Source of the DNA: Nemertoderma westbladi
Taxonomy: Eukaryota; Animalia; Xenacoelomorpha
NCBI GenBank assembly: GCA_032718475.1
Contig: JAUCBJ010006694.1
Coordinates: forward strand, 29,167-93,166
Reading direction: 5' to 3'
Length of the DNA: 64,000 nt
Below, piece after piece: positions 19,170 to 32,351 of this stretch (the stretch's first letter is position 1; each line of letters opens with the position of its first letter). The notes under the pieces were generated by a model. That model had not been told where the DNA came from. It was given only the letters and a program-made list of their open reading frames with translations, and made no database searches. The position numbers were made by a program, and so were the translations under genes.

Positions 19170-20392
19170 ATAGTGCAAGGGAGTCACTGAAGGCCCTCGT
19201 GTCTAGCGAACCATGAATCAACATGGTGCCGTGGTACCGTCTAGTTGGCCTGTTGCCGTACTGCCAGTCCTGTACACAGTAGGGGTGGTGGCATGGCGTG
19301 ATTTGTGGTTTATGTGGTCTATGTGGTAGGTCTATGTGTGGTATGTATGAGTTGACCAGACTCTTTACTGTCTCCAATCGGTTGCCAAAACGTGTCTTTT
19401 CCCAGGGTAGCACTATTGGAATGGAGGTGTTGCATCGGAATGGACAGGTTCCTGATGATTCTGTTGGTACTACTATTGGAATGGAGGTGGCACCCGGAAT
19501 ATCGGCTGCAAGGAGGGGTTAGTGTTGTAGTGTGGTCCGAGTGAATGATACTCTGGAATCTGTGGTTTGTGTGTGTACGTGGTATACGTGAGTGTATGTA
19601 TGGCCACTGCGAGTGGGTATGGGAACCCTTACCGGTTGGTTCAGTCGCCGCTGGTTATTAGTAGGACCATATTTTACTGCGCCTCAGCATACTTTGTGCA
19701 CACAAAGTTATTTTACCCTGTCGGTAAAATAAAGTACTCTCGACTTTTTATTAGTCGATACAATTTTGACCCCTCTTATTTTGTCACCGATTTTGTCTTC
19801 CCCGATTATGTCCTCTGTGTGTGCGTGGTATGCGTCAGATTTTGTGTTTACCGTAGTGTACTTAATATTGTGAACATCTATTGAGTACACGTGTACAGTG
19901 ACTGGTAAGTGGTTACTTGTTCCTAGCTTTCGAGCTAGTCAGTATTGTTTGCGGAACCGACTTCCCCTCAATACTGCCGGCGAGGCGGGTGAAAACGGTC
20001 AATATTCCATGTGGGTAGCGCAAGCCCGCTTGGGACAAGACCGTCGGTTTGGCTCAAGGGCGACCTTGATGCTCGATCGCTATCGACTGGTCCACCCGCC
20101 GGTTGACTCTCTGAGTTGGCTCAATGTACAGTCAGGCCACAGTAAGTTGACAGTAGCCGACCATCTGGCTACACCGACGAGCTGTGCCGGTGTGATCGGG
20201 GGATTGAAAAGTGAACCCGGGAAGCATCGGGCTACCCTCCGGCCCAGTCTGATCGGAGTCGGACTGGCCCCAAGGGTGGTGGGACAGCGTCCGCCTCATG
20301 GGTGCGCCTCGGAGTCATCAGAGAGGAGCCCAGAAGGACGCAAGCGAGGTCTCCAAGTACAAGAAACAGACCAGTGGAAATCCCAGCTGTCT
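19170..20392 (+). mobile_element. Unrelated fragment, probably the 3' end, PPT and LTR of another LTR element, wedged between B and C
   Basis: Purine tract AAGGAGGGG followed by TGTTGTAG at 19523; AATAAA at ~19728; GC-rich, hairpin-dense segment at 19970-20330; no similarity to A's leader. Confidence 0.4.
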
Positions 20393-23300
20393 GAGAGACT
20401 AACTTATGAAGAACCAACCGATGCCACTCTTTCTCAAGTGGAAGGCGAAGAGACCTCAGAGAAACCACGAACGAGAGACGCCATAGACATTTATCTGTCC
20501 GACTATCAGCGATTCCTAGGAGACGAAGAATTGAGGAGACGGCTGTCTGGACTTTCCCCCAATAGTGAAGGAACCCAGCGTGTGTTAGATTCAATCGATG
20601 CTGAAATGTTAGCTGCTAACCAAGCAGAATTTGATGAAAAACTCCGCCTCGCTAGAGTCCAAGAAGAAAGGGTAAAGAAAAGATGGATAGAGGAACAAAA
20701 GGCGGCGGCCACGGCAGAAGCAGAAGCAGAAAGAAAAGCAGCGGCGGTAGAAGTAGAAGCAGAAAGAATAGCAGCAAAGGCAGCAGCGGCAGAAGCAGAA
20801 GCAAAAAGAAAGGCAGCGGCGGCAGAAGTAAAGGCGGAAAGGGGAGTGGCAGAAGCAGAACGGAGAGCGTCTGAGCAGACTACCCAACTGGAGTTGGAAA
20901 ATCTGCAAGAGACGCAAGACAACATAAATAAACAGTTAACTGCTAGTCACATGCAGATGATGAGAAAATCTACTCCTAAACGCCAGGGATATACGTCATC
21001 GGAGGAAAGCGAAACCACCGATCCTGAAGGCGGAGGAAATAGATCTCGTCTAAGCAGGCGTAGAAAAACATCTTACCGTCACAAATTGCCTGATTTGCCC
21101 CCAGCTGTTAAAAGACAGCTAGCTAGCACAGACTTAGGTAGTACGGAACCCATAGACCAAACTGTTCAGGTCAAAAGACTCCCTACAATAGTTGATGAGC
21201 CTGAAATAATTAGGCCTGTCGTTCCCAAAGTCATTTCTGTGTTAGAGACCCCTGTACTTCCAGAGCTTCACTCTAAATTCCCTTTACACAGTACTACACT
21301 GCCTGTACCCGGTAGAACAGTCCATGAGAATATCCCTGTCCTGGAAGCTGAGAGAGAAATCAAAGATTTGTCTCCCGTCGTCCCGCGTCAGCCCGCTACT
21401 ATGTTGGCGACTCCCGCTTCGGCGGTCGAGTGGGTAGAGGAGGGACGGCGGGGGATGAATCTCCTGCTCGGACAGATGCAGGAGACTGTCCACCAGCTTA
21501 AGGGAACAGTAAGGGAAAGTAGGGCCGAATTGCAAGAAGTGCAGCAAAGTATCGCGCTAGAACGCGACAAATTAGTCAATATACAAAAGGGAATACCAAT
21601 ACCCCCTGTAACATTGTGTCAACCTGTTAGGTCTGAAGTATTACATGCGCAAGGTGTGGAGCCTACACGCATCTATACTGCTAGTGAAGTTGAAACTCCT
21701 ATAGCAAACCCTATTAAGGGTGATTATAGACCTGTTATTAATGATATTCCCTATAGACCTGATAATGATCCGAGAAATTTATATACCGATAATTCGATAT
21801 TAAATAACACGATGGCCCAAGAAAGCTTTACGCGTCAGATGGCTAGAACAGAAGCCCGCCAAGCGGTCAAAGTGGGAGAGATCGTCAAATTCAATGGAGA
21901 TGAGATGAAATGGTTACCTTTCAACGAATATTACAAAGACAGCATACAGAATTCTGTACTATCTAACGGAGAGAAACTTAGGTTCCTCATCAAGTGCTTG
22001 GAAGGACCTCCCAAGTTAATGGCGTTAAAGTTTATTGGACATCCAGAAGGATTAAGACAAGTATGGGATACATTAAACATCAGGTATGGTAACAAGGATA
22101 ACATAGCTAAGTATTTGTATGCAAAATTAGTAGCCCCCCGACACTTCCTTAGTAGCGGGATTATAGAGTTTTCCGATGAAATTCAGGAAATCTGTAGACA
22201 ATTGGACTGGTTAGGTAAGTCTCATGAATATCAGAGTTCAATGGTTATTGGAGCCGTAGTCTCTACTTTACCAAAGGGTGGAGTATGTACACGCTGGGAC
22301 AAGAAAGTGTTGTACATGAATGAACAACAACAACGAAGTCCTACCATGGCTGATCTCATGTCCTTCTTAGATGGTGAGGTAAAACTACAACTCATCAAGC
22401 AGTCCAGAGAGAAAACATCGGAAAATAAGGTAAGTGAGAAACCCGCTTCTAGGAGAAGAATAACACCGGTGTGTTACACTGACGACGGCGAAAGCCAAGT
22501 TTCTCAAGAAGAGGACAGCGGGAAAGATACTGAGCGATCTTACTACGTCGACAAAACCTCAAAAGATGTAAGTAAATACAAGGCTCGAAACAACGATAGG
22601 AGAGAACAGGTTGCCAAGACCCCTCCTCAGTCTCCTAACAGAATGCACCGAAGAAAACCCGAAGAAAAAACGAGAGTGCATCAAGTTACCCAAGGTAAAG
22701 TGAGTAACATAAAACCTAACTGTGCGCTGTGCGACGGGACCCACCGTTTGAGTGCGTGTGCTGAATTTCTAAAGAAATCCCTTGTAGACAGACGTGCAGT
22801 TGTGTGAGACAAGCGGTTATGCTATAATTGCCTCAGACCAGGACACCAACGGCGAACCTGTTACTCCGACATAAAGTGTGCAAAGTGTGGCGCGAAACAT
22901 CACATCTTGTTACACAGTGAGTTCGAACGAGACAAACAGAGTCAGGTAAGTGAGCCCGAACTACATGTCCAATTCAGTGATGTAAACGACACTGATCAGG
23001 AGTCTGAGATGGAAGGATTCTATACTGACGAATTCTCCGACGCCAACGAATCCTGTTATCTAATCAATACCGCAGTGTATCGAGCACTTACTTATGAAAA
23101 GGACACCAACAATGAGTTTCCCCCAACTACTTTTGCCAAACAACCATCTTGGAAAGCTCCAACTTCCAACGTAGGAATCAGAGAATTTCCTGTGGTGCAG
23201 GTAAGAGTTCACGGTCTTAACAAAAGTTACATAGTGAACGCCCTCCTTGACTCCGGCAGCACAGGAACATTCATCGATCAAGAACTAGCCGAGGATATCT

Positions 23301-26300
23301 TTGCTGGACAACCCAAGTTCCGGACTAAATTGAATATGTCAGGAATTATGCAGGTTTGGAAATCTACCTTAACGGCAGATTACTATGTAGGTGTGTTGTC
23401 CACCCCCCAGGATAAGTTAGGAACACAAGGTATAAGGTCGGTAAAAATGGTGGCTATAAAGAACTTCGCTACTACTCAAGCAGACCTTTATAATTGGGAC
23501 GAGGATGAGAGCATCCAACATCTTGAGATACCTCGATTCCAGACAGATTATCCTGGAGTGCAAATCCTCATCGGCCAAAACGCGCATGAGGCGCTCGAAA
23601 CATTGGAGAAACGGCCTGCTCAACCACAGCCACTGCAAACCTATGCAGTAAGAACTAGAGTAGGTTGGTACTTTACTGGCCCTTCCCGCAGGACTCTCGA
23701 AGAGAGAATGCCACAAGAACACACATACCAAGTACACGATTGGGAAGTGGAGAGCAGTGAGGTGGACGAACTAACTGAGGGAACACCATACTCCTCAGAT
23801 AATGACGACATCTACCAACTCTTCGATGAAGAGAACACAATCGACCTACTTACAGAAAACCAAACTTGGAAAAGTCAAGTGAACCTATGTCAACTGATTC
23901 ACCCATCGGAACCCATCGCTTACAATGACGAACTAAACGATGAGATAGAGCGCTGCAACGCTAGAACTCGGGACGAACTAGCCGTACGATTCTTTACTCA
24001 GGAACTGGTAGAGCCCAATTCATATGATAAGGCTCTATCGATAGAAGAAGAAAGAGCCAAGCAAATCCAGGAAACAACCACACGTTTTTTAAAGGACCAA
24101 GGTAGGTATGAAATCGGCCTACCATTTCGAAAACGAGAACCTAGATTTATAAATAACAGACCCTTGGCGGAGAAAAGAATCGCTCAATTACATCGACGAC
24201 TTACAGCTAATGCTTCAGCGAAAGAAATGTACCAAACTCAGCTGAAGAAATTTATAACAAAGGGATACGCGGAGCGAGTACCGGAAGGAACACCAGTGAC
24301 TGAGAGAACGTATTATTTAACACATCATTACGTTCCCAAACCCGGTAAACCCCATGAAGTACGAGTCGTATTTGATGGCTCTGCTCTATATATGGGCCAA
24401 TCCCTCAATTCCGAGTTGTTACCAGGACCCAACTTACTCCAATCTTTGTTGGGAATACTATTAAGATTAAGACAATATTCCATCGCGTTCGCCTCTGATA
24501 TAGAAGGAATGTTCTTACAAGTCAAGGCGCTGGATAGAGATAGAGATAGCCTGAGATTTCTGTGGTGGCCTGAAGGAGACCTCAACCAGAAACCGGTAGA
24601 GTACTGGATGACCATCCAGGCTTTTGGGATCATATCAAGCCCTTCCAACGCCTGCTCCGTGGTGCGAACCACTACGAATGATAACCGAGACTCCTTCTCC
24701 AAAGAAGTGATAGACAACATAAAACGCAATATATACATGGACGACAATTTAAGGTCCCTTCCATCAGTAGAAGAAGCCATAGCTGTCGCGAAAGGAACGG
24801 TAGAGTGTTTGAAAAGAGGTGGATTTCGACTGACGAAATTCACTAGCAACTCCCGTGAGTTTCTGGAAGCCATACCGGTAGAAGACCGCGGAGCGAAAGA
24901 CTTAGATTTAATAAAGGACGATCTTCCTGAAACCAAGACGCTAGGCTTGAAGTGGGACACTGAAAGAGACATCCTGTTTTTTCAGTTAAAACAGCGAGAT
25001 AATCCAGTTCGGACCAAACAGATTTGTTTAAGTATCCTGAGCACTTATTTCGACCCATTGGGATTTATTAGCCCAGTTATATTGATTGCTCGGAGTTTAG
25101 TACAACAGATGTGGCTTGAAAACCACTCATGGGACGATCCGCTTAAGGGAGAATTGTTGAAGAAATGGATGAAATGGGAAGATTCTCTACCTGCCATTGA
25201 GAACTTTATAATTTCCCGTGCATATTTTGGCCATGTTCTTCCTACGTATTCCTATCAACTCCATGTGTTTGGAGACGCCAGCGACATGGGAATAGGTATA
25301 GTAGCATATCTGCGAGTCGAAACTCCGGATGGAATCAAGGTCGCCTTGGTTACCTCTAAGGCATTGATTAACAACAAGTTAAAGGTTCCTCGAGCGGAGT
25401 TAAAGGCGGCTTTATACGCTACAGCCATCGGCCGGAACGTAACGGAACAAATCGACTATCCACTGGAGAAAACGGTTTATTGGACCGACGCTTTACTCGC
25501 TTTACAGGAACTGATAGATACTCCAGATTGGTTGGGTGGACCCGACTTCCTGAGCAAGGAAGAGGATGAATGGCCTCCTCACCTTACTACGGCAGAGATT
25601 AGACAAGCCAAGGGAGCGGAGACAGTCAAACCTAAAACCCGGGCGAGTAAATCGAAGTTATTTAAACCGACTATCGATCTATCTGTATTACATACTTCCG
25701 GGAATGATGTTTCGGATCTACAATCCCTCAACACAAATAAGTCTGTTGTGGAAATTAGAGATAGAGATTGGAAATCTGGAATACCAGACGTCTCGCAAAG
25801 AATCTCACCCATGCTGCAGAGAGCAATGCATCATTACAGTTCCTGGAATCGGCTCTGTAAAGCCGTCACATATTTAAGACGATGTTTTCATCATCACTAC
25901 TCCAGGACGAAGACCACTAGTGATCACGCTCCATTGACATCTGCACAAGTTCATGTTATTAAGAATTTACCCAAATATAAGATATCTGATCGTTTTCTAA
26001 AAGTGAAAATTAGTCACCAGGAGTATGAAGAAACAAATAAACAGATACTGAGACTCCTGCAATGCTATGAGGATTCCGAAAAGTACTTCCTGTTGTTGAG
26101 AAATCCACAGATGCGCTTAAGGGATCGATTCTCGAGCACAATGATAGATGGGTTAATACGTGTTGGAGGAAGACTCACCAACGCGCCCTTATCCTTTGAC
26201 ACCAAATTCCCCATACTTATTAGAAATCTTGAAGTACAAATCAAGATGATTGTAGACGTTCACGGTAAACTTTACCATGCTGGTAGAGAACGAATTCTTA

Positions 26301-27471
26301 GCGAAATTCGAACTCGCTATTATTTTGATAAACCCCGTAGAGCTCTGAACCAAGTTCTTAGGAACTGCATACCCTGTATGAAAGCATTCAGTAGGCCTTT
26401 AACACAGCGAGAGGCAGTATTACCTAGGGAACGAGTAAGCTTCTATGAACCACCTTTTACTAATACTGGTGTAGATTTATTTGGCCCTATTGAAGTATAT
26501 CGTGCGAGGACTATAGTCAAGAGATGGTGTGTCATCTTCGTGTGCATGACTTGTAGAGCCATCCATCTCGATATGGTGAACGATCTATCTACCAACAGCT
26601 TCGTCTTAAGTTTACGACGACAGATCGCTCGCTTCGGGACGAGTAATACCATGAGATCGGATAAAGGAACGAACTTCATAGGTGCCAACAACGAGATACA
26701 GGCTTACGTGAAGGACTGGAACCAAAGACAGGTGGACGACCAGCTAAGGATAACAGCGTCTAGCTGGACCTTCAACGCTGCCGACGCCCTTGGTGGGGAG
26801 GAAGTTGGGAGAGATTAATTCGAAGTGTCAAAACCGCATTTCACTTTATAGTGCCATGCCGCGCGTATCTCACCGACGAACTTTTGCGGACGTTAATGGA
26901 GGAAATCGCTGCCTATCTCAATGAGAGACCGCTTATGCCAGTCTCGTCGAGTCCCGATTCCCTGGAAGCGCTAACACCCGCGCACTTCCTACTGAAGAAA
27001 CCTGTAGCCATGCTCCCACGATCGGAGATTGCCGACGGAGATGAATACTGCCGTCGAACTTGGCAACTTATGCAGTTGCTATCCCGTCGTTTCGCTGACC
27101 ATTTCGAGAAACATTATCTGCCCACGCTACAACTTCGAACTAAGTGGTTTGCGCAGCAAGAAAACGTCAGCGCTGGAGATATGGTGCTTATTGTAGATCC
27201 AGACCTCCCACGTAAACGGTGGCAGACAGGTCGTATCATCGAGACACACATCTCAGATGATGGTTTAGTACGCTCGGTAGAACTCATCGTCATGCGGCGT
27301 AACTTCAAGAAGCCAGGCATCATCTTTGAGACGCAACAACTCAATCGCCCAGTTGGTCGTTTATGTTTACTGGAAAGAGACAGAGAACTCTCCGGGAACT
27401 ATGGAAGGCAAGACACTCTTCCCACGACCACCTACCTAATTCCTCAAACATCTAGGGAGTCCCCAATGTGA
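20393..27471 (+). pseudogene. Single-frame gag-pol of copy C with lesions
   Basis: TGG>TGA stop at 22805-22807; in-frame RNase H deletion at ~25500 versus B; frameshift at ~26790 (APWWGG); PR LLDSGS, RT YMDD and integrase DDE motifs present. Confidence 0.9.
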
Positions 27472-29097
27472 TACGTTTGGAGTGGGTGTATGACTATATT
27501 GTTTTATCTATTTTATTATATTTTTATATGCGAACTTTATTATGTACTTTATTATAATCGTTTTTATTCAATTTTATTTAGTAGAATGTTATTTTAGTGA
27601 TTATTTAGTAGATTAGTGCAATATATTAGTGTTTATTACGTACGTAATTACTTATAATATATATTTAGTGCGACGGCGAGAAAATAATTATTTTTCTCTT
27701 TCCTTACTGTCCGTATCATATTATAAATACGTGACTACAGTAAGATGAAATGTCCGTACTTATTAAAGTACAATAAAGCCACTACTATATTCAAGTATTA
27801 TTGGTAGGCAGAGTATTAGGAATGCAAAGTTCAGATCCTCGTGTCTCGGCTAAACCAAGCTCTGGGTAGACCTTGGAAACGACTTGCCTCTTCACACTGA
27901 CATTGCTTCGTGCGATATTGCTCTTCTATCTTATATTAAATAATACATATAGTAGCGTGATGTCCCTCTAACAGTAGCGTAAAACGCAAATTAATCTGTT
28001 AAACCTTTTGACCATCTGTAATTCTAGTCGATTAAGATATCGTGGCACCCACCGATATACTTGAAAGACAAATTCTAGAATCAGTGGTTAACGTCCCCAG
28101 ACAAGTTCTGGAATAAATCGGTGCCCATCTTAAATATTAATGTAATATTTATTAAAATCTGTAAAATTCAGATCCGTTAACAATTCTAGTCGATTAAGAT
28201 ATCGTAGCACTTCCCGATACTCTTAAAAGACAAATTTCATAGAATTAAGGATCCTATGTCCCCAGACCTGCTCTGGAATCAAATTGTGTCAATTTTAACA
28301 TCAAATAATAAAATTCACGGGAAAAAATTTAAATTCATATTTTTAAATGAATTTCATAAATTGTCATTTTGTACAATTTATAACATTCCCAAAATTCCAT
28401 TAATTACTAGATCATGGGAGCGGAGATTCATCCTGTTGAGTGTATTAGAGTGCGAGAATCTCCAACATATAGTCAATAGCCGATAAAATTAACAAAATCA
28501 TGCATAAAGAGGATATTGACAATTAAAGAATTATTATTAAATAGCATCCCAGATCTGTATGCATGAGAATTACCCTAATTCTACCGCTAGCATTCCATAA
28601 TGTCACCATAGCAACACCCACGCTAGAATTAGAAGCAAGTTAAAAGAACAATAGAAAGCTTGTCCCATTGCATAGCATAGAGAACATACCACACTGTTAG
28701 TATCCAAGGATACACAGTAATAACGTGACATTCTGGAAGGCACTGACTAACGGACAAATGGCCTGTGTGTGTGCAGTTGTTGACAGTTGTGTGGAATTTG
28801 TGCGTTTATAGGTGAATGTTACTGCTAAAGTATGTTTACAGTAGCTAGTCACAATTGTAAAAATAGCCCAACTCTCCTATAGAAAGAACCTAAGTGGATC
28901 CAAGCCTTTGGGACGGACAGTGGAGTGACTTGTGCCGGTTATCGTTGTCGTGCTGTTGCTACATGTTGGCGTAAACACCGCAACGACGGTACATCGGCGC
29001 TGAGAATCCCACTGTCCGGGGGCAAAGAAAAGTAGGCAGCGACGCCCGCTTGCCTAAATACAAACTTATTTGATATTAATAAACTCAGAAAGCAGAT

Positions 29098-29496
29098 ATG
29101 ACGGAGTTAATAGAAGATGATCTCGGTATTAGGGAGCGATATACTCTACCTTTACAAGCATTTGTGGATAGCTTAATACGCGGTGAAGCCGATCCAACCA
29201 TTACGGAGGACGATGGTCGTTATATCGAACCGCCGATGTCCCAAGAGCAACTTGCGCGTGAATTGGACTATCGAAAATTCACCACTCGCTATACGAATCG
29301 TAATGGTACGTATATGGACTTCCTAACGACCGGCCATCCTATCGATTTACATGATACGGACGATGTAGACACCGAAAGGGAAATGGTTCTATTTAAATAT
29401 CATACCCAGCGGAGTCGGAACGATAAACCGAGAATAGATCACGAAAATTATATTCGTAACAGACTGGGAAGACGAACCAATATGCCTAGAATCTGA
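29098..29496 (+). CDS. Accessory ORF3 N-terminal part, element C
   Basis: Nearly identical to 12344-12742. Confidence 0.6.
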   Translation: MTELIEDDLGIRERYTLPLQAFVDSLIRGEADPTITEDDGRYIEPPMSQEQLARELDYRKFTTRYTNRNGTYMDFLTTGHPIDLHDTDDVDTEREMVLFKYHTQRSRNDKPRIDHENYIRNRLGRRTNMPRI

Positions 29497-29652
29497 GGAG
29501 ATTCAGCCTATCGCGCCCGGAACAGCGACAACGATTACATCCTAGAATGGTATCAAGGTCCACAGTGTCTCACTGCGTACAATTATCGCCATGCCAACTA
29601 TGTTTCTCGGCAACGTTGTCGGTTATGCGCATCGAGAGACCATGTTACGCCC

Positions 29653-30588
29653 ATGGACACAAACGTCCGCTGTTCCTATTTCCACGAACAACCGGTGATG
29701 GAAATTTATTGTGCGTATTGCAGACTCAATAACTTGCACATTTTTGCGGTTTGCCCTCAATTTATGACTCAATGTCACCATTGTCAACTAAAGGGACACG
29801 CCAGTTTCGATTGCCCTTTTAATCACGATTTGGAAAGCGTAGATGAAATGATCACACTACGTTACATCAGAGCTTGGGAAGCGAACGCTGATTTACATTG
29901 TGATTCGCGCCATCGTTATTATCCTGGACGCGCTTACGAAGGAATTTATGCGTTCCATCCTTATCTATTCGCTTCTGTCGAACAGAAATCACGCATATCG
30001 AGTTACGAACTACTGAAGCGCGTCGGAGAATGTATTTCAACTAAATTCGTACTCAAATTTCTCAGGAGTGTTAATCCTAGCGACCTTCATTCCTATAACT
30101 TAATCAATTATATCCGTCAGGATCCGGACTATGGAGACTTGTTTGTTAACTCACACCCCGAGTTACAGGAAGTACATCGACGGCCTTACGAATACCGAGC
30201 CCGCGAACGCGAGTTGGAAAGGACCATTAAACCACGGAGGTTTCTAACTGCCTATGGTCCACCCACGGCCCTCGTTCAGACCACTTGTAAAGGACCCGTA
30301 AGAGCGGCTGTCTTGAAACGAGCTCTCAAAGCCGTTAGACCCCTCTCCCCGGACGTTGATGTCAATCAACCCGGTACTTCGACTGGCGGATACACCGACC
30401 ATAATCCTACACCCTCTGATGCAATCATATTGCACCCTTCACCCAGGAGTTATAGCCCTCCTTGTAAAGTGGCTCGCCCCAAAGAGAAAAGGACTCTGGC
30501 TAGCTTTAAAAAACTGCGTAAACGCCATCCTAGGCCATCCATAGGCTTAAATTATAGAGCGTATGACTGTTATCAGTCCAATTCATAA
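29653..30588 (+). CDS. Accessory zinc-knuckle protein, element C (C-terminus altered by deletion)
   Basis: Nearly identical to 11294-12187; same frame as 29098-29496. Confidence 0.6.
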   Translation: MDTNVRCSYFHEQPVMEIYCAYCRLNNLHIFAVCPQFMTQCHHCQLKGHASFDCPFNHDLESVDEMITLRYIRAWEANADLHCDSRHRYYPGRAYEGIYAFHPYLFASVEQKSRISSYELLKRVGECISTKFVLKFLRSVNPSDLHSYNLINYIRQDPDYGDLFVNSHPELQEVHRRPYEYRARERELERTIKPRRFLTAYGPPTALVQTTCKGPVRAAVLKRALKAVRPLSPDVDVNQPGTSTGGYTDHNPTPSDAIILHPSPRSYSPPCKVARPKEKRTLASFKKLRKRHPRPSIGLNYRAYDCYQSNS

Positions 30589-31339
30589 CACATCATATAT
30601 CAAGTTATATCAACTTGTTTCTATTCTTGTATTATCGGTTCAATATACATTATTATACTGCTGTTTACTATTGTGTTTGGTTGAATATCATTTGGAGAAC
30701 ATATATAAAGAACCCAAATTTCCCAATTTTCTTGATACACTACAGGTTAGAGAGACGGGTTATATATAGCGATTGCGACTTATATTGTTGTGGTTTGTAG
30801 TGAATTTAATGCTATTTGATAAGCACTACATTGGTCCGTTGCTATTCCCTTTATATATGATAAAATTCATTGACGGTCGGCAAATTAGTGAGCAGTATTG
30901 TGTGTTACCGGTAGTGTGCATGATTGTGACTGATAACTAAGCATTTCCTAAAGAATGCGCCTCATACGTGAATCTTAAGCCTTACCGACTTACCATTGTG
31001 ATTAGTATAAGTCATATCTCTGTTTACTTAGATAGAGCGCCACGTCCTAAAGGAACTGTTAATATTTCCCGAAAGTAAATAATATTAGTCTGAAATTAAT
31101 TATTAACGATCAATCGAATAATACAATACCGTAAGCTTCACTGCAATAATAATTTAAGCCCTCAGAATCCAGTCTCCCGGGATTATCCAGCGGGTGAATG
31201 GACGCGCACTAGGCTGGCTTCTGCTAATGTTGTGTTTATTGGTATTAAATATTTGTCATCTTCTAAAGTATATTTATAAACCAAAAGACATATAAATTTT
31301 GGCAGGTTAAACTGCTAAAGGTCTTCAAAAGCGCGTACA
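30542..31339 (+). repeat. Partial 3' LTR (R-U5) of element C
   Basis: Matches ~9927-10704. Confidence 0.9.
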
Positions 31340-32350
31340 CTCTGGTTCACCAACTCCCTCTCTTTCTCAATCCTCTCTGCTTCCCTCGCAGCCCTCTCTA
31401 TATACTCTCTTACCACCCTCTCTTTATACTCTCTCGCTAATTCCCTTTCCATCTCTAACAATGCAGTCCCATCATCCAGCTGTCTCTCTAATTCCTTTTG
31501 ATCTAACGCGGCTATGTCTAGCTGACACACCAGATCTATCTCTAACACCCTTCTTGCTTTCGCGGAGGGTGTAGAGGACATTTCGGTTGCGACTCCCGTC
31601 GCCACCCGGTTTTACTGATTTTATCGTGCCTGCTAGCAGTTTCACTTATCAGTTTCAGTTATCTTCCGGGATAACCTCGAGTTCGGCGTCGTTCGAACCC
31701 GCCCATCCCACTAACCCCCTGCGCATCCACCAGATAAGGCCCTACGTACACTACACCATACCGTATAATCTCAGATCGCCACAATTCAAACAGTTCCGTA
31801 GCGACCCCCCTCGCCCTTTCACTTGCCATTTCCCCCTGCCCAAATCGGACTAGGTAGTGAAAATGTTTATTACACTCACTGAGTCTCCGAGTTAGTTTGG
31901 GTTCGTCTACCTTTCCTCCTGTCTTGGCATCCTTTAGCATCTCCCTCGTGGCGTTGTACGTGCGTCGTAGTCAATCGCTCGTCCCGACGTCCTCCTCCTC
32001 GACTTCTTGGCCTCCTCTCCTCGTCCGGCGTGGTACCGTCGGCCCCACCGTTACCATTCCAGTGGGCTGCTCGCCGCCTGTAGCCACTGGTTGGCTGGCG
32101 ACTCCGGTATTCCTCCCGCCATTCCCGTCCCGTGTCAACTCCCGCTTCTCGTCTCCTCGTACCCGTCCGCCTTCCTCCTCTACCACCGGGCCGTTGTCTC
32201 TCGGCGAATCCAGTGTGGCGGGCCGGTACCGCCTCGTCTCCGCTTCCCGAATCGTTTGGTCTCTGTCGCTCGGGGTTCGCAGCAGACTTCCACCCCTCTC
32301 TGAACCCTGGGGCATTCGTTCGCTCATTGTTGGCGTGTCACAGTTCACTC
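31340..32350 (-). pseudogene. Degraded gag-like N-terminal region of another LTR element, interrupted by C and by the CR1/L2 LINE
   Basis: Broken minus-strand ORFs (31971-32348, 31659-31940, 31340-31605), low-complexity then coiled-coil; probable upstream continuation at 36318-36822. Confidence 0.45.
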
Positions 32351-32351
32351 G

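Larger units (their letters stand above)
20393..31339 (+). mobile_element. Bel/Pao copy C (most complete coding region; 5' end lost; PPT and U3 deleted)
   Basis: gag-pol, spacer, accessory ORFs, R-U5 ending GCGCGTACA at 31339. Confidence 0.9.

Noticed and set aside
19898-20392. N-terminal 165 aa of the 969-aa ORF as true Gag
   Set aside because: No similarity to A's Gag N-terminus, GTG start, and it lies in the foreign segment
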